A stretch of DNA of 64,000 nucleotides from Elusimicrobiota bacterium (GTDB lineage: Bacteria > Elusimicrobiota > Endomicrobiia > Endomicrobiales > Endomicrobiaceae): NCBI GenBank assembly GCA_052034625.1, contig JBPOII010000005.1:6417-70416 (forward strand), read 5' to 3'. The translations under genes and the position numbers were made by a program. Positions within the stretch are counted from its first letter, which is position 1. Every line of letters begins with the position of its first letter. Below the pieces are notes generated by a model that saw only the letters and a program-made list of their open reading frames with translations, did no database searches and was not told where the DNA came from. Of this stretch, positions 1 to 9,918 are shown piece by piece.

Positions 1-3000
1 GAACATTTTTGAAAAAAACTTATTATAATCACTCCTTATTTCCATGTCATCTATTCCCGACATCATCTTTGCCAGATAAACATCAATTGACTCCCCGTTA
101 TTGAGCATAGTATAGGGGATCATAATATGATTCATAAAATCTATTTTAAATTTTTTGCCATCATAATTTTCTATAAAGTTTTTTAAGGCAATTATATATG
201 ATGAGAACTCTTCCATCTTTCTATCATCCATAGAGATCGATAAAAGTCCTGAAAAAGTTGAAACCTGATCACTGTGTTCACCTTTTTGTTGCAATATATT
301 CTCTAAAGTGTCTTTCAAAATAATATTGTGGACTTTTTCAAGATCTAAGGTTTTATATACTTTATTTAAAAGACTTTGTCCGGGTCTTTCTTCACCTATT
401 TTCCCGGCAATAAATACCGGCAGGTTCTGAGAACGGATTTGATCATAATCCGAATCGGCACTTAAAAGAGTAATATCACCTGTTTGCTTTAATGCTCCAA
501 AATAAAGATAAGAAGGGTCAGCAATTATTATATTGCCTTTTTTAGAAGAATTTTGAATCAGACTTACAGCATTTAATAATGAGAGTTCAAGCGGTGTTGT
601 AGGCTCATTATTAATTTTAAAATCTATACTGTCGGTAATATCTTTATAGTTTAGTCCGTCAATATTCAAAACGACTGCTTCTGTTTCAGAAAGTCCTTTT
701 TCGACAAGATCAGGATATTTAAGTGCATATTCTTCAGAATTCATATAATAAAACACATCCATAAGAGCATTTCCGTCTCCATGGTTTCTATTTATTATAA
801 ACTCTATCTTTGTGTTTTTTAAGTTTCCGTTTTGCATTATTCGTTCCATCAATTTTTTTATATCATTAATTCCTTCATTGTCTGAATTGACAGAAACAAA
901 AACTATATCAGGAACCGGGCCTGAAGCACTTTGCGTGATTTCTAATATTCTGTTTTCAATTATATCGCTTCTAAATGGTTTAAACAGTTCAAGTTTTTCG
1001 CCTTTTTTTAATTTTCTTTTGATTATATTTTTATGTATTTTGGTATGGAGAAGTCCATAAACGATAGGGATCCAGTGCATAGAAAACAAAATCCCTAATC
1101 CTGAAATAAAAGCTACTAAAAATTGAAACGGATCTGTATATGCTCCGCTTACTATAACTTTCCTGACAAAAAACAATAGTGGGAATGTTCTCGTAAGCAT
1201 TTTTCTTATTTTCCAGAATTCATTTATACCGATATAATGTTTTTTTGGATTCCTTTTGGAATCAAAATATTTTTTTGAAAACTCCATTATTTTATATTCA
1301 TCGTATAAACCAGGAATCAAAAAATTCCCTGACTTTATCAAATTTGACAAAGAACCAAAAAAACCTTTTTCCGAAGCATAAATACCGAAGTTTATTCCAA
1401 GAATAGTTCTTACAAGAGGCATTATTTTGAAGGTTTCAAGAAAATATAATGGAGCACCTTCAGATATCCTGTATCCATTAAGAATATCAGCATTTAAAGC
1501 ATAGCTTAACATTTTGTAATATGATTGAGCATATTCTCCGGCTTCTTCAAAACTTCTTATCTCTAATTCAGCTTTATTTGTTTCTATTTCTGGCATTGTG
1601 TTTATTTTATCTATTGTGGCATTGTATAGAAGCATAAAATCTTGTAATATAGTTATTACTCTTTCCTTGTTTTCTGAACTAAATGAACTTTCCGAAAAGA
1701 CAGTTGTTTTTATTATTTGTAAAGCATACTTCCTTATTATTTCAATTTTATTAATATCCATATCACCGGACTTTAAAACACTCTCCCACTTTTTTAAATA
1801 TTCTTGTGATGATTCAACAATGTTTTGTTTAGCAAGCGTGTGTTGTTGTGTAGTTTTGGTGTAAATTTTTGCTGGGAGAAAAGAATTTAGCGTATCAAGA
1901 CCGGTTTTTAATGAAGCTTCTGGCAGTTTATTTGAAATGTCGTTAATACCGCTGTTTATATTATAAAATATTTTTTTATCTCTTGTTTTCTTATATCTTT
2001 TAATTAGAGCTATTATTTTCTTTGTTTCATTTTTTAAGCCTTTATTTTCATCTGTAATTTTTCTTAATTCCGTCATAATTGCATCAAGTAAATTATCTTC
2101 ATCTGACATATAGTAAAGATTATTAAAATATTCTTTATTTTCGCGAGAAAGTCTCTTTAAATTCTGCTTGTAAAAAGAATTGCGTTTTCCAAGAAAGATC
2201 ATAGTTCTGTGTAAAAATATAGATAAACCAAGCCCTGTAAAAAAAGAAAATAGAACCGCACCTATCACATTTGACTGGGCTAGAAGAGTCCAGTTGCCTT
2301 GCACATTGAAATAAGCAACAGCAAATGAAGATATGACTGACTGTACTGCCATAAAAATAGAAAGTATCCTTTGTATCGCTTTTCTGTCAGTCCATCTTTT
2401 TTCAATACCTAAGTATGTTTTTTCGGAAGGATTTGCCTTTTCGTCTATAAACTCATTTACTCCGTTTAAAAGAGTATCATAATCATACATTGAAGAACTT
2501 ATATTATTTCCCAGAATATAAAGCTTGTAAGCCTGCTTTCTAAGTTTATTTTTTTCTTTGTGGAAGTTTGCATGCATACCAAAAATTCTTCTGTTGAAAG
2601 GCATTATTTTAAGTCTTTCGAATATAGAGGATTTTGGAAATATATAACCGCCTAAAATTGAAATATTTTCAAATGAATCTATTGTATTTAAATATTCAAG
2701 CGAATAATACTCAAGGGCTATATAAAGTTTTTTAATGTTATCAAGTTCTTGTTTTAGAGATTGCGGGATATTCTCATTCTCGTTTAAATATTTATTTATA
2801 CGGGATATATTCTCTGAGCTTTTTTGAACTATACTTTTATATATTTTGGACATATTAACTCTTTCTTTATCATAACGAACTCTTTCAAGCCTTGTATCCA
2901 ATACTTGTTGAAAAAGTTCGTTATATTCATCTTTTAACGAACTGCTGAGTTCATTATCAATTGCAGTAATCGGGATAGAAGGTAAATTCCGCTCCTTTTC

Positions 3001-5889
3001 AGAAACTTGTGAATGCTCAGCAAAATAATCAGCCATCTCATAACTTTTCAGATTTGCCATATAGAGAGAATGAGGCTGTTTGTGGGTTTTTATAGAAATT
3101 ATTTTTATTATTTCATTTAAATCTTTATTCAAATAAGAATCAAAAAAAGAAGAGTACTCCTCATAAAAATCACCGAGCTCTTTATCTATTCCTATCTTTG
3201 CAAAATAGGATAAGGAATCTTCTTGATTTTTCATTCTTACCAAAGGTATCAGAATATGCTTTATGAAATTAATTTCCGGAGGCCGTTCTTCGATAGTTTT
3301 ATTTTTATATATATGTTTATAAAGTTCTGATATCTGATTCCAAAAACCTGAATAAGCATCTTCTTCTTCAAAATTAAAAAGTATATTGCCTGTTGTTGTC
3401 TCAAACTGTTTTAACTTCTTATTCTCTATATTATATGTCTTATCAAGTATTCCTTTTTTTTCAAGTTTACTGCTTATCTTTTCAATATTAAAATCATAAT
3501 ATATTTTTTGGGGAGTCCTATGCCATAAATTTTCCTTGCTTATTATCCATGGACTGCCGTCTTCAACAATATCATCATAACTTTTCATAGATGATATTAT
3601 TGTTATATCCCCTTCAGGTTTCATTGTACCTATATATGGATTTTCAGGATCCATTAGAGCCAGACCGCCTTTATCTCCGAAACTCTGGCATGCTCTAACA
3701 CCATTTAATATGCTTAGTTCAAAAGAAGTAATTTTATTTCCATTAAAATAAAAAGGAAGTTCTTTCATCACTTTGGACTTTTCAATACCGTCTATATTGA
3801 CTGCACATATTTTTAGTTCTGACCATTTTTTATTTTTAATGTTTTTAAATCTTATCCGTTTCTTTAAAGAATCTATATATTCCGCTATTGCTATGAAAGA
3901 TGCTCCTGTTCCGCTGTCTGATGTATGGATAAATTTAAAATTGACTTTTTCAAGAGGAGGCATATTACGCTTCATCTTTCTGACAATATTCTTATAATAT
4001 TTTACTTCCTCTTCATCGTTTACACATACCACTACAATATCCGGCATTTGACCGTTTAATGAATCTATAGTCTTTAGATATTCATCTAATACTACGGACT
4101 CTCTTGTTCTATCCTGGTAAATTTCATCAGGCATATTTCGGTTCAATATTTTTGAAGGTATAGACTTAACAAAACCAAAAAATTTCTTAAAGATATTTTG
4201 ATTTTGCGTTTCAGAAATGTCTTTGATTATAAGATTATTTTTTCTTTCTCTTTTTATTTTTAAAGGCAGGCCTTTTTGTGAAAACCAATTATTAACCGAT
4301 TTGATAGTCCGTCTTGAATATATATTTTCAAATCCAGACCAATATTCTACTAAATTGTTTATTTCATTATTACTGATAGTGCTTAAAAGAGGAGGTGCCA
4401 AAGAAGATGAAAGAGAAGATGCAGCCAGGCTTATGGCATTTTTATAAAAACCATTCTCGTGATCATCTATAGTCGGCATTAAAGTTATATGCGACATATC
4501 TTTTTCGATCAGTTTAGCAACATCTCCGTGGAAACCTCCAATTACAGCAACATTTATACTCTTGTATTCTTTGCCATTAAAAGAAACTGTTTCATCTGAG
4601 CGATGATGATTTATAATGTTTAATATATTTTTATAAAAGATCTCATTGCGTTTAAGATTATTTTCATAATATTTAATTATACTATCGTCTAAAAGTATTT
4701 TTGAAAGTTTTAAATACTCTTGTTTATTTAAAAGTCTGTAAGATGTTTCCAAAATCGCATCTTTATTTTTTTGTATATAAATAAACTCTTTTTCTGAAAT
4801 ATCCAGTTTTACATATTTGCTCAAAAGATCTGCATAAAAATACATCTGAATATTTTCTTTATCATATGGCGATTCTGCCGTATTTATTAAATTATTTCTA
4901 AAAAGTTCAATCTGAGAAAGGAGTTTGTTCAGATCCAGAGAATGTTTCAATTCCTGAGCATAAAGAAATTCAGACAAAGCGGTATTTACAAAAAACACAT
5001 TTATAAATCGTTTTTTCAAAAATTCATAGAAATGTCTAAAGAGTTCATCAGTATTTCCTTCAGAATAATTTCCGATTATATTTATATATTCACTATAGGG
5101 AATATTATTTTTAATAAATCTTTCAAGTTGATTAAACTCTTTCTCAATATTCTTATCTTTAAGTTTTTTTTCTAAATATATTATTTTTAAATATTTATTT
5201 ATTTCATCATATTTTCTAAGTTCAGCAGAAAAATCCTTATTATCTCTATATATTTTTAATATATTCTCTTTCAAACCGCTGTCTAAATCCGAAACTTGCA
5301 AAATTTTATCAATAATATTTTTTATCTCAGGTTTTGAGTTGAAATATATTGATTCTTTGATAGATGTTAAAAAGTTATCCTCATCATTTTTTGCATAATT
5401 TTTCGCAGCGATTTGAATGTTTTCCACATACTTATCCCACTGCTCTATCCCATACATTTTATTGAAATTATTATTTATGCCGAATACTTCAGCACCGCTT
5501 ATAAGTCCGGATGACAACATGATATCTATAATCTTTCTTTTATTTTTTCCTTCAATATCATAGGTAGTATTTAGAAGTTTAATTTCCCCATAAGGAGCAC
5601 CTTCAACAAACACTTTTGACAATGAGTTGAAAGCATTAAGTTTATTGAGAAAAGTATAAATAGATTTTTGAACACCGGGATTTGAGTGGAGATCATTGAT
5701 TATAATCAAGAGATGGCTGTCTGATTTATAAGATGAATCAACTGTTTTAAAACCATTAAAAATACTACCCTCGACATTAATGTCTTTATCGTTAAAAATC
5801 CCTATCGAAGAATAAGACAATTCTGTCAAAGTGGTAATAAAAAGACATAAAGAAACCAAAACTGCCGTAAATTTCTTTAAATTGAACAT
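1..5889 (-). CDS. giant multidomain membrane-associated protein, N-terminal 1,963 codons (C-terminus lies beyond the left window edge); paralog of the 9919..17010 ORF
   Basis: Absent from the ORF track because no stop codon falls inside the window. Manual minus-strand translation from ATG 5889 (GAGGTG 9 nt upstream) stays open in one frame to nt 1 (...DYNKFFSKMF). N-terminal hydrophobic signal/anchor MFNLKKFTAVLVSLCLFITTL. INDLHSNPGVQK (5641-5700) and VAVIGGFHGD (4501-4560) align with the other giant ORF. Two internal TM hairpins (~2365-2200, ~1190-1050). An internal module is duplicated (PDIVVVCVND ~4040; PDIVFVSVNS ~900). Confidence 0.8.
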   Translation of the reverse strand, partial: MFNLKKFTAVLVSLCLFITTLTELSYSSIGIFNDKDINVEGSIFNGFKTVDSSYKSDSHLLIIINDLHSNPGVQKSIYTFLNKLNAFNSLSKVFVEGAPYGEIKLLNTTYDIEGKNKRKIIDIMLSSGLISGAEVFGINNNFNKMYGIEQWDKYVENIQIAAKNYAKNDEDNFLTSIKESIYFNSKPEIKNIIDKILQVSDLDSGLKENILKIYRDNKDFSAELRKYDEINKYLKIIYLEKKLKDKNIEKEFNQLERFIKNNIPYSEYINIIGNYSEGNTDELFRHFYEFLKKRFINVFFVNTALSEFLYAQELKHSLDLNKLLSQIELFRNNLINTAESPYDKENIQMYFYADLLSKYVKLDISEKEFIYIQKNKDAILETSYRLLNKQEYLKLSKILLDDSIIKYYENNLKRNEIFYKNILNIINHHRSDETVSFNGKEYKSINVAVIGGFHGDVAKLIEKDMSHITLMPTIDDHENGFYKNAISLAASSLSSSLAPPLLSTISNNEINNLVEYWSGFENIYSRRTIKSVNNWFSQKGLPLKIKRERKNNLIIKDISETQNQNIFKKFFGFVKSIPSKILNRNMPDEIYQDRTRESVVLDEYLKTIDSLNGQMPDIVVVCVNDEEEVKYYKNIVRKMKRNMPPLEKVNFKFIHTSDSGTGASFIAIAEYIDSLKKRIRFKNIKNKKWSELKICAVNIDGIEKSKVMKELPFYFNGNKITSFELSILNGVRACQSFGDKGGLALMDPENPYIGTMKPEGDITIISSMKSYDDIVEDGSPWIISKENLWHRTPQKIYYDFNIEKISSKLEKKGILDKTYNIENKKLKQFETTTGNILFNFEEEDAYSGFWNQISELYKHIYKNKTIEERPPEINFIKHILIPLVRMKNQEDSLSYFAKIGIDKELGDFYEEYSSFFDSYLNKDLNEIIKIISIKTHKQPHSLYMANLKSYEMADYFAEHSQVSEKERNLPSIPITAIDNELSSSLKDEYNELFQQVLDTRLERVRYDKERVNMSKIYKSIVQKSSENISRINKYLNENENIPQSLKQELDNIKKLYIALEYYSLEYLNTIDSFENISILGGYIFPKSSIFERLKIMPFNRRIFGMHANFHKEKNKLRKQAYKLYILGNNISSSMYDYDTLLNGVNEFIDEKANPSEKTYLGIEKRWTDRKAIQRILSIFMAVQSVISSFAVAYFNVQGNWTLLAQSNVIGAVLFSFFTGLGLSIFLHRTMIFLGKRNSFYKQNLKRLSRENKEYFNNLYYMSDEDNLLDAIMTELRKITDENKGLKNETKKIIALIKRYKKTRDKKIFYNINSGINDISNKLPEASLKTGLDTLNSFLPAKIYTKTTQQHTLAKQNIVESSQEYLKKWESVLKSGDMDINKIEIIRKYALQIIKTTVFSESSFSSENKERVITILQDFMLLYNATIDKINTMPEIETNKAELEIRSFEEAGEYAQSYYKMLSYALNADILNGYRISEGAPLYFLETFKIMPLVRTILGINFGIYASEKGFFGSLSNLIKSGNFLIPGLYDEYKIMEFSKKYFDSKRNPKKHYIGINEFWKIRKMLTRTFPLLFFVRKVIVSGAYTDPFQFLVAFISGLGILFSMHWIPIVYGLLHTKIHKNIIKRKLKKGEKLELFKPFRSDIIENRILEITQSASGPVPDIVFVSVNSDNEGINDIKKLMERIMQNGNLKNTKIEFIINRNHGDGNALMDVFYYMNSEEYALKYPDLVEKGLSETEAVVLNIDGLNYKDITDSIDFKINNEPTTPLELSLLNAVSLIQNSSKKGNIIIADPSYLYFGALKQTGDITLLSADSDYDQIRSQNLPVFIAGKIGEERPGQSLLNKVYKTLDLEKVHNIILKDTLENILQQKGEHSDQVSTFSGLLSISMDDRKMEEFSSYIIALKNFIENYDGKKFKIDFMNHIMIPYTMLNNGESIDVYLAKMMSGIDDMEIRSDYNKFFSKMF

Positions 5890-5976
5890 CTTAGTAAACA
5901 CCTCTTTTTTTATAATATTGTAAAAAAGATTTATTAAGAGGTTATAAATAATTTGTTAGAAATAAGTTAAGATTTT

Positions 5977-6831
5977 TTACCGCAGAGATTGTCTGGCAGA
6001 TTCAAGGTTTTCAAGAACTGAATAAGGCACCTTTACAGTACCCATTATAGGCGGTTCTTCTTTGTATGGACCGTGGCAGTCCGAGCCGCCGGTAGCTATA
6101 AGCTCAAATTCTTGAGCGAGATTCAAGAATTTCTTTACCATATTTTCAGGATGTTTTATATGCCAAGCTTCAATGCCCATAAGTCCGTCATTAATAAGAT
6201 TTCTTATCATATTTTTATCGCTATAATGAACATAATAAGGATGTGCCATAACCGGAATTCCGCCCATTTTTCTTACAAGTTTAACAGCTTCTGAAGCGGA
6301 TATAGCATACTTAGGAACATAAGCCGGTCTATTTGGAGAAAGATAGCGCTGAAAAGCTTCAGATATGTTTCCGACATGACCTTCTTCGATAAGAGCTTTT
6401 GCAAAATGAAGCCTGCCTATAGCTTTATTCCCTATATTCTCCATAAAACTATTATCTTTTAGAACTATCCCGCTTTTTTTAAGTTTATCAAAAATCTTAT
6501 GAGCACGTTCCAAACGCTTCTTTTTAAAAATATTTAAAGTGTTTTGCAATTCTTCTGATTTATAGTCAATATGGTATCCCAAAATATGCATTTCAGCTTT
6601 TGCACTATCACCTATCTCTGAAGATAGTTCTATTCCCGGTATTATTTCAAGCCCGGTAGATGAAGCAGCTCTTATCGCTTCATCAATACCGTCTACACTG
6701 TCATGATCGGTAATGCTTATTGCGGCAAGTTTCATTTTGACAGCATATTCTACTGCTTCAGACGGAGTGAATGCCCCGTCTGAGCAGTTTGTATGTATAT
6801 GAAGGTCAATATAAAAGTCATTTTCCGACAT
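5977..6831 (-). CDS. PHP-family metal-dependent phosphoesterase (TrpH/YciV-like)
   Basis: 284 aa. Has DLHIHTNCSDG, ITDHDSVDG and C-terminal GGSDCHG metal-ligand motifs typical of PHP domains. The start overlaps the upstream stop (TAATG). Confidence 0.85.
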   Translation of the reverse strand: MSENDFYIDLHIHTNCSDGAFTPSEAVEYAVKMKLAAISITDHDSVDGIDEAIRAASSTGLEIIPGIELSSEIGDSAKAEMHILGYHIDYKSEELQNTLNIFKKKRLERAHKIFDKLKKSGIVLKDNSFMENIGNKAIGRLHFAKALIEEGHVGNISEAFQRYLSPNRPAYVPKYAISASEAVKLVRKMGGIPVMAHPYYVHYSDKNMIRNLINDGLMGIEAWHIKHPENMVKKFLNLAQEFELIATGGSDCHGPYKEEPPIMGTVKVPYSVLENLESARQSLR

Positions 6832-8132
6832 TAAAGCAGCTCCGATGAAAGAGCTGCAAGACTGCTTCTTTCGCTCTTGGAGAATGTTACATGACCAAAC
6901 AATTCCTGACCTTTAAATCTTTCAACAAGATAAGTTAGTCCGTTTGATGAAGCGTCAAGATACGGATTGTCTATTTGGTACGGATCTCCTGTCAGTACTA
7001 TCTTTGTACCGTTGCCGGCTCTAGAAATGATCGTTTTAACTTCATGAGGGGTAAGATTTTGTGCATCGTCAATAATAATATATTGTTGCGGCAGAGAACG
7101 TCCTCTTATATAAGTCAATGAATCAACCTCTATCTGTCCGGAACTAAACAAATAATCAATCTTTTCTTCTGTTTTCGCATCAGGATGTCCTTTGTCCATA
7201 AGAAACTCAAGATTATCATTTATCGCACCCATCCAAGCACCTAGCTTTTCTTCTTTTGTTCCCGGAAGAAAACCTATATCTCTGCCCATAGGAATAATAG
7301 GTCTTGCTATATAAAGTTTTCTGAAAGCACGTTCTTCAACGGTTTTCTGCAGTCCGCATGCAAGAGCCAGAAGGGTTTTTCCTGCACCCGGAAGACCTAT
7401 AAGCGTTACGAGATCTATGTCATTACAAAGCAATAGTTCAATTGCGAATTTTTGTTCAGTATTTAAAGGTTTTAAACCCCATGGATTAGAGTTTTGGTGA
7501 AAAATAGGCATCAATGCCTTTTCTTTTTTTGAATATTTTGCCAATGCACTTTTTGAAGAGCCAGCCTCGTCTTTCAAAGTTACAAATTCATTAGCGTATA
7601 ACTCTTCTTTTATAGCAAGTTTTCCGTTTTTATAGAATTGATCTATTTTAGATGAGGATATTCTCATCTCTCTCCAGCCTGAATAAAGCTCATCTATCTT
7701 TACTTTTGATTTTTCATAGTCTTGGGTTGGAATGTCCAAAACTTCGGCTTTTATCCTGAGATTCACATCTTTTGTTATAAAAATTACCCTTTCGCCTTTT
7801 TGCTTAATACTTAATGCTGTAAACAAGATCTGATTGTCGGCTTTCTGTTCTGAAAAACCTTTCGGCAAGTCAATATCGCCCTTATTCATTTCGATTTTTA
7901 TAATACCGCCGGATTTTAGTTTCACTCCATCTGAAAGCTTTCCGACCATTCTTAACTCGTCCAGACTTCTTGCTATAAGCCTGGCGCTTCTGCCCCTTTC
8001 ATCATTCAATTTTTTAAAAGTATCAAGTTCTTCAATAACAGTCATTGGAATAACAACTTTATTGTCAGTAAAAGAAAAAATTGCTTCTGGATCGTGAAGA
8101 AGCACATTAGTGTCAAGAACGAAAGTTTTCAT
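6831..8132 (-). CDS. PhoH2-type protein: N-terminal PIN-like domain fused to PhoH ATPase
   Basis: 433 aa. N-terminal VLDTNVLLHD...ITKDVNLRIKA is PIN-like. C-terminal Walker A GLPGAGKT and Walker B-like IIIDDAQNL are PhoH-like. AAGGAGA RBS. Confidence 0.9.
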   Translation of the reverse strand: MKTFVLDTNVLLHDPEAIFSFTDNKVVIPMTVIEELDTFKKLNDERGRSARLIARSLDELRMVGKLSDGVKLKSGGIIKIEMNKGDIDLPKGFSEQKADNQILFTALSIKQKGERVIFITKDVNLRIKAEVLDIPTQDYEKSKVKIDELYSGWREMRISSSKIDQFYKNGKLAIKEELYANEFVTLKDEAGSSKSALAKYSKKEKALMPIFHQNSNPWGLKPLNTEQKFAIELLLCNDIDLVTLIGLPGAGKTLLALACGLQKTVEERAFRKLYIARPIIPMGRDIGFLPGTKEEKLGAWMGAINDNLEFLMDKGHPDAKTEEKIDYLFSSGQIEVDSLTYIRGRSLPQQYIIIDDAQNLTPHEVKTIISRAGNGTKIVLTGDPYQIDNPYLDASSNGLTYLVERFKGQELFGHVTFSKSERSSLAALSSELL

Positions 8133-8165
8133 AGTGTCTCCTTTTATTTTGTTTTTCTTTTAGAT

Positions 8166-8194
8166 ATTATAAAATAATTCTTATTAAAAAACAA
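8166..8194 (-). promoter_or_regulatory. candidate sigma70-type promoter for the PhoH2-PHP pair
   Basis: Minus strand reads TTGTTT-17 nt-TATAAT, about 27 nt upstream of the AAGGAGA RBS and ATG 8132. The -35 is weak. Confidence 0.35.
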
Positions 8195-8289
8195 TTGATT
8201 TTACAGTGCTTTTATGTTTTATCTCTGTCTGCGGAATGCAAAACATCATTTATTGCCGAAGACCTAATAGATTTTTTAGACATAATTAT

Positions 8290-8315
8290 AAAGACCCGCC
8301 AAAAAGCGGGTCTTT
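8290..8315 (-). terminator. rho-independent terminator candidate downstream of glnA
   Basis: Hairpin AAAGACCCGC-loop6-GCGGGTCTTT with a T-containing tail on the minus strand, 45 nt after the glnA stop. Confidence 0.6.
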
Positions 8316-8359
8316 AAAATATCAACTTATATATAATATTTTGAACAAAACCTAATTTA

Positions 8360-9685
8360 TTAATATGTTGAAAGGTACTCGTCAACTTCCCATTTGTGAA
8401 CTTGTGTGATATAAGAGAACCATTCTTCGCTTTTAGCTTCAAGAAAACGGTCGGATATATGATCTCCTAAAACCTTGCGCATAAATTCGCTGTTTTTAAA
8501 CTCAAAAATCGCCTGTTCAAGGTCTCCTGGAAGATCTTCAACACCAGCCTTTGTTCTGTCAACCTTGCTCATTTTGAATACATTCTGGTCAATTGGTACC
8601 GGAGGTTTAGTTTTTTTCTTTATTCCATCAAGTCCCGCGGCAAGACAGGAAGCCAAAACCAAATATGGATTTGAAGCCGGATCCGGACTGCGTAATTCTA
8701 CTCTGGTGCTGTTTCCTCTGGAAGCCGGTATCCTTATAAGAGGACTTCTGTTCTTACATGACCAAGCTATATAAATCGGTGCTTCATAACCTGGAACCAG
8801 CCTTTTATATGAATTTACAAGCGGATTTGTTATTACCGTCATAGCTTTCATATGCTCCATCAGTCCGCCAATAAAATTGTAAGCTATGCCTGAAAGCTGT
8901 AATACATCCTTTTCATCGTAAAAAGCGTTTACGCCATCTTTAAATAATGACATATTCGTATGCATTCCCGAACCGGCTATGCCTGCTATCGGTTTAGGCA
9001 TAAATGTCGCATGTAAACCGTGTTTTTGTGCTATTGCTTTGACAACCATCTTGAAAGTATTAATATTGTCTGCCGCTTTTAAAGCTTCAGAATATTTAAA
9101 ATCTATTTCATGCTGTCCTCTAGCGACTTCGTGATGAGAAGCTTCAATTTCAAACCCCATAGCTTCAAGGGTAAGACATATATCCCTTCTGGCATTTTCG
9201 CCGTGGTCAAGAGGTCCAAGGTCAAAATATCCTGCATTATCGTGAGCTACAGTGGTCGGATTGCCTTTTTCATCATTCATGAAAAGAAAAAATTCACATT
9301 CGGGGCCTACATTAAATGTATATCCCATATCAGATGCTTCTTTTATTACTTTTTTAAGTGCATATCTTGGGCATCCTTCAAAAGGTTTCCCTTCATAGGT
9401 ATATACATCGCATATCAGCCTTGCGACTTTTCCATCCTGAGGTCTCCACGGAAATATTACAAATGTGTCAAGATCTGGATGTAAATACATATCACTTTCT
9501 TCAATTCTTACAAAACCTTCAATTGAGGAACCATCGAACATACATTTATTATCTAACGCTTTCTCAAGCTGGCTTGCGGTAATGGCAACATTTTTAAGAG
9601 TGCCCAAAATATCCGTAAACTGAAGCCTTATGAACTTTACTCCATTGTCTTTTACTAATTGAACAATCTCTTCTTTTGTGTACAT
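8360..9685 (-). CDS. glnA: glutamine synthetase, type I
   Basis: 441 aa, full-length match to the GSI pattern ([80 protein letters not shown]). No adenylylation-type Tyr motif is visible. Confidence 0.97.
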   Translation of the reverse strand: MYTKEEIVQLVKDNGVKFIRLQFTDILGTLKNVAITASQLEKALDNKCMFDGSSIEGFVRIEESDMYLHPDLDTFVIFPWRPQDGKVARLICDVYTYEGKPFEGCPRYALKKVIKEASDMGYTFNVGPECEFFLFMNDEKGNPTTVAHDNAGYFDLGPLDHGENARRDICLTLEAMGFEIEASHHEVARGQHEIDFKYSEALKAADNINTFKMVVKAIAQKHGLHATFMPKPIAGIAGSGMHTNMSLFKDGVNAFYDEKDVLQLSGIAYNFIGGLMEHMKAMTVITNPLVNSYKRLVPGYEAPIYIAWSCKNRSPLIRIPASRGNSTRVELRSPDPASNPYLVLASCLAAGLDGIKKKTKPPVPIDQNVFKMSKVDRTKAGVEDLPGDLEQAIFEFKNSEFMRKVLGDHISDRFLEAKSEEWFSYITQVHKWEVDEYLSTY

Positions 9686-9855
9686 TTATTATTGCCTCCG
9701 CCTTCAATACCTTTTATAAAAAGCGTCCTTAAAAGTTATAACTTTTTTTGGACGCCGCTGCTACTTGCTTTTATCATAGGTGCCAAGTTTATTAATGCTT
9801 TTCTTAAATTTTATTTAGTTTATATCTTTTTTTTAAAAAAATCAATTAAATATAT

Positions 9856-9888
9856 AACAAAAAAGCCCGCTAAAACAACGGGCTTTTT
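9856..9888 (-). terminator. rho-independent terminator after the giant ORF
   Basis: Minus strand reads AAAAAGCCCG-loop-CGGGCTTTTTTGTTAT. A GC stem is followed by a T6 run, 30 nt after the stop at 9919. Confidence 0.8.
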
Positions 9889-9918
9889 CGTATCTTTAAA
9901 ATATTAATATGCACTAAA

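Noticed and set aside
9780-9800. TGGCAC...GCA sequence upstream of glnA that looked like a sigma-54 (-24/-12) promoter
   Set aside because: On the glnA strand the GG and GC dinucleotides are about 14 nt apart (TGGCACctatgataaaaGCA). The canonical spacing is 10 nt, so this does not fit the -24/-12 consensus.
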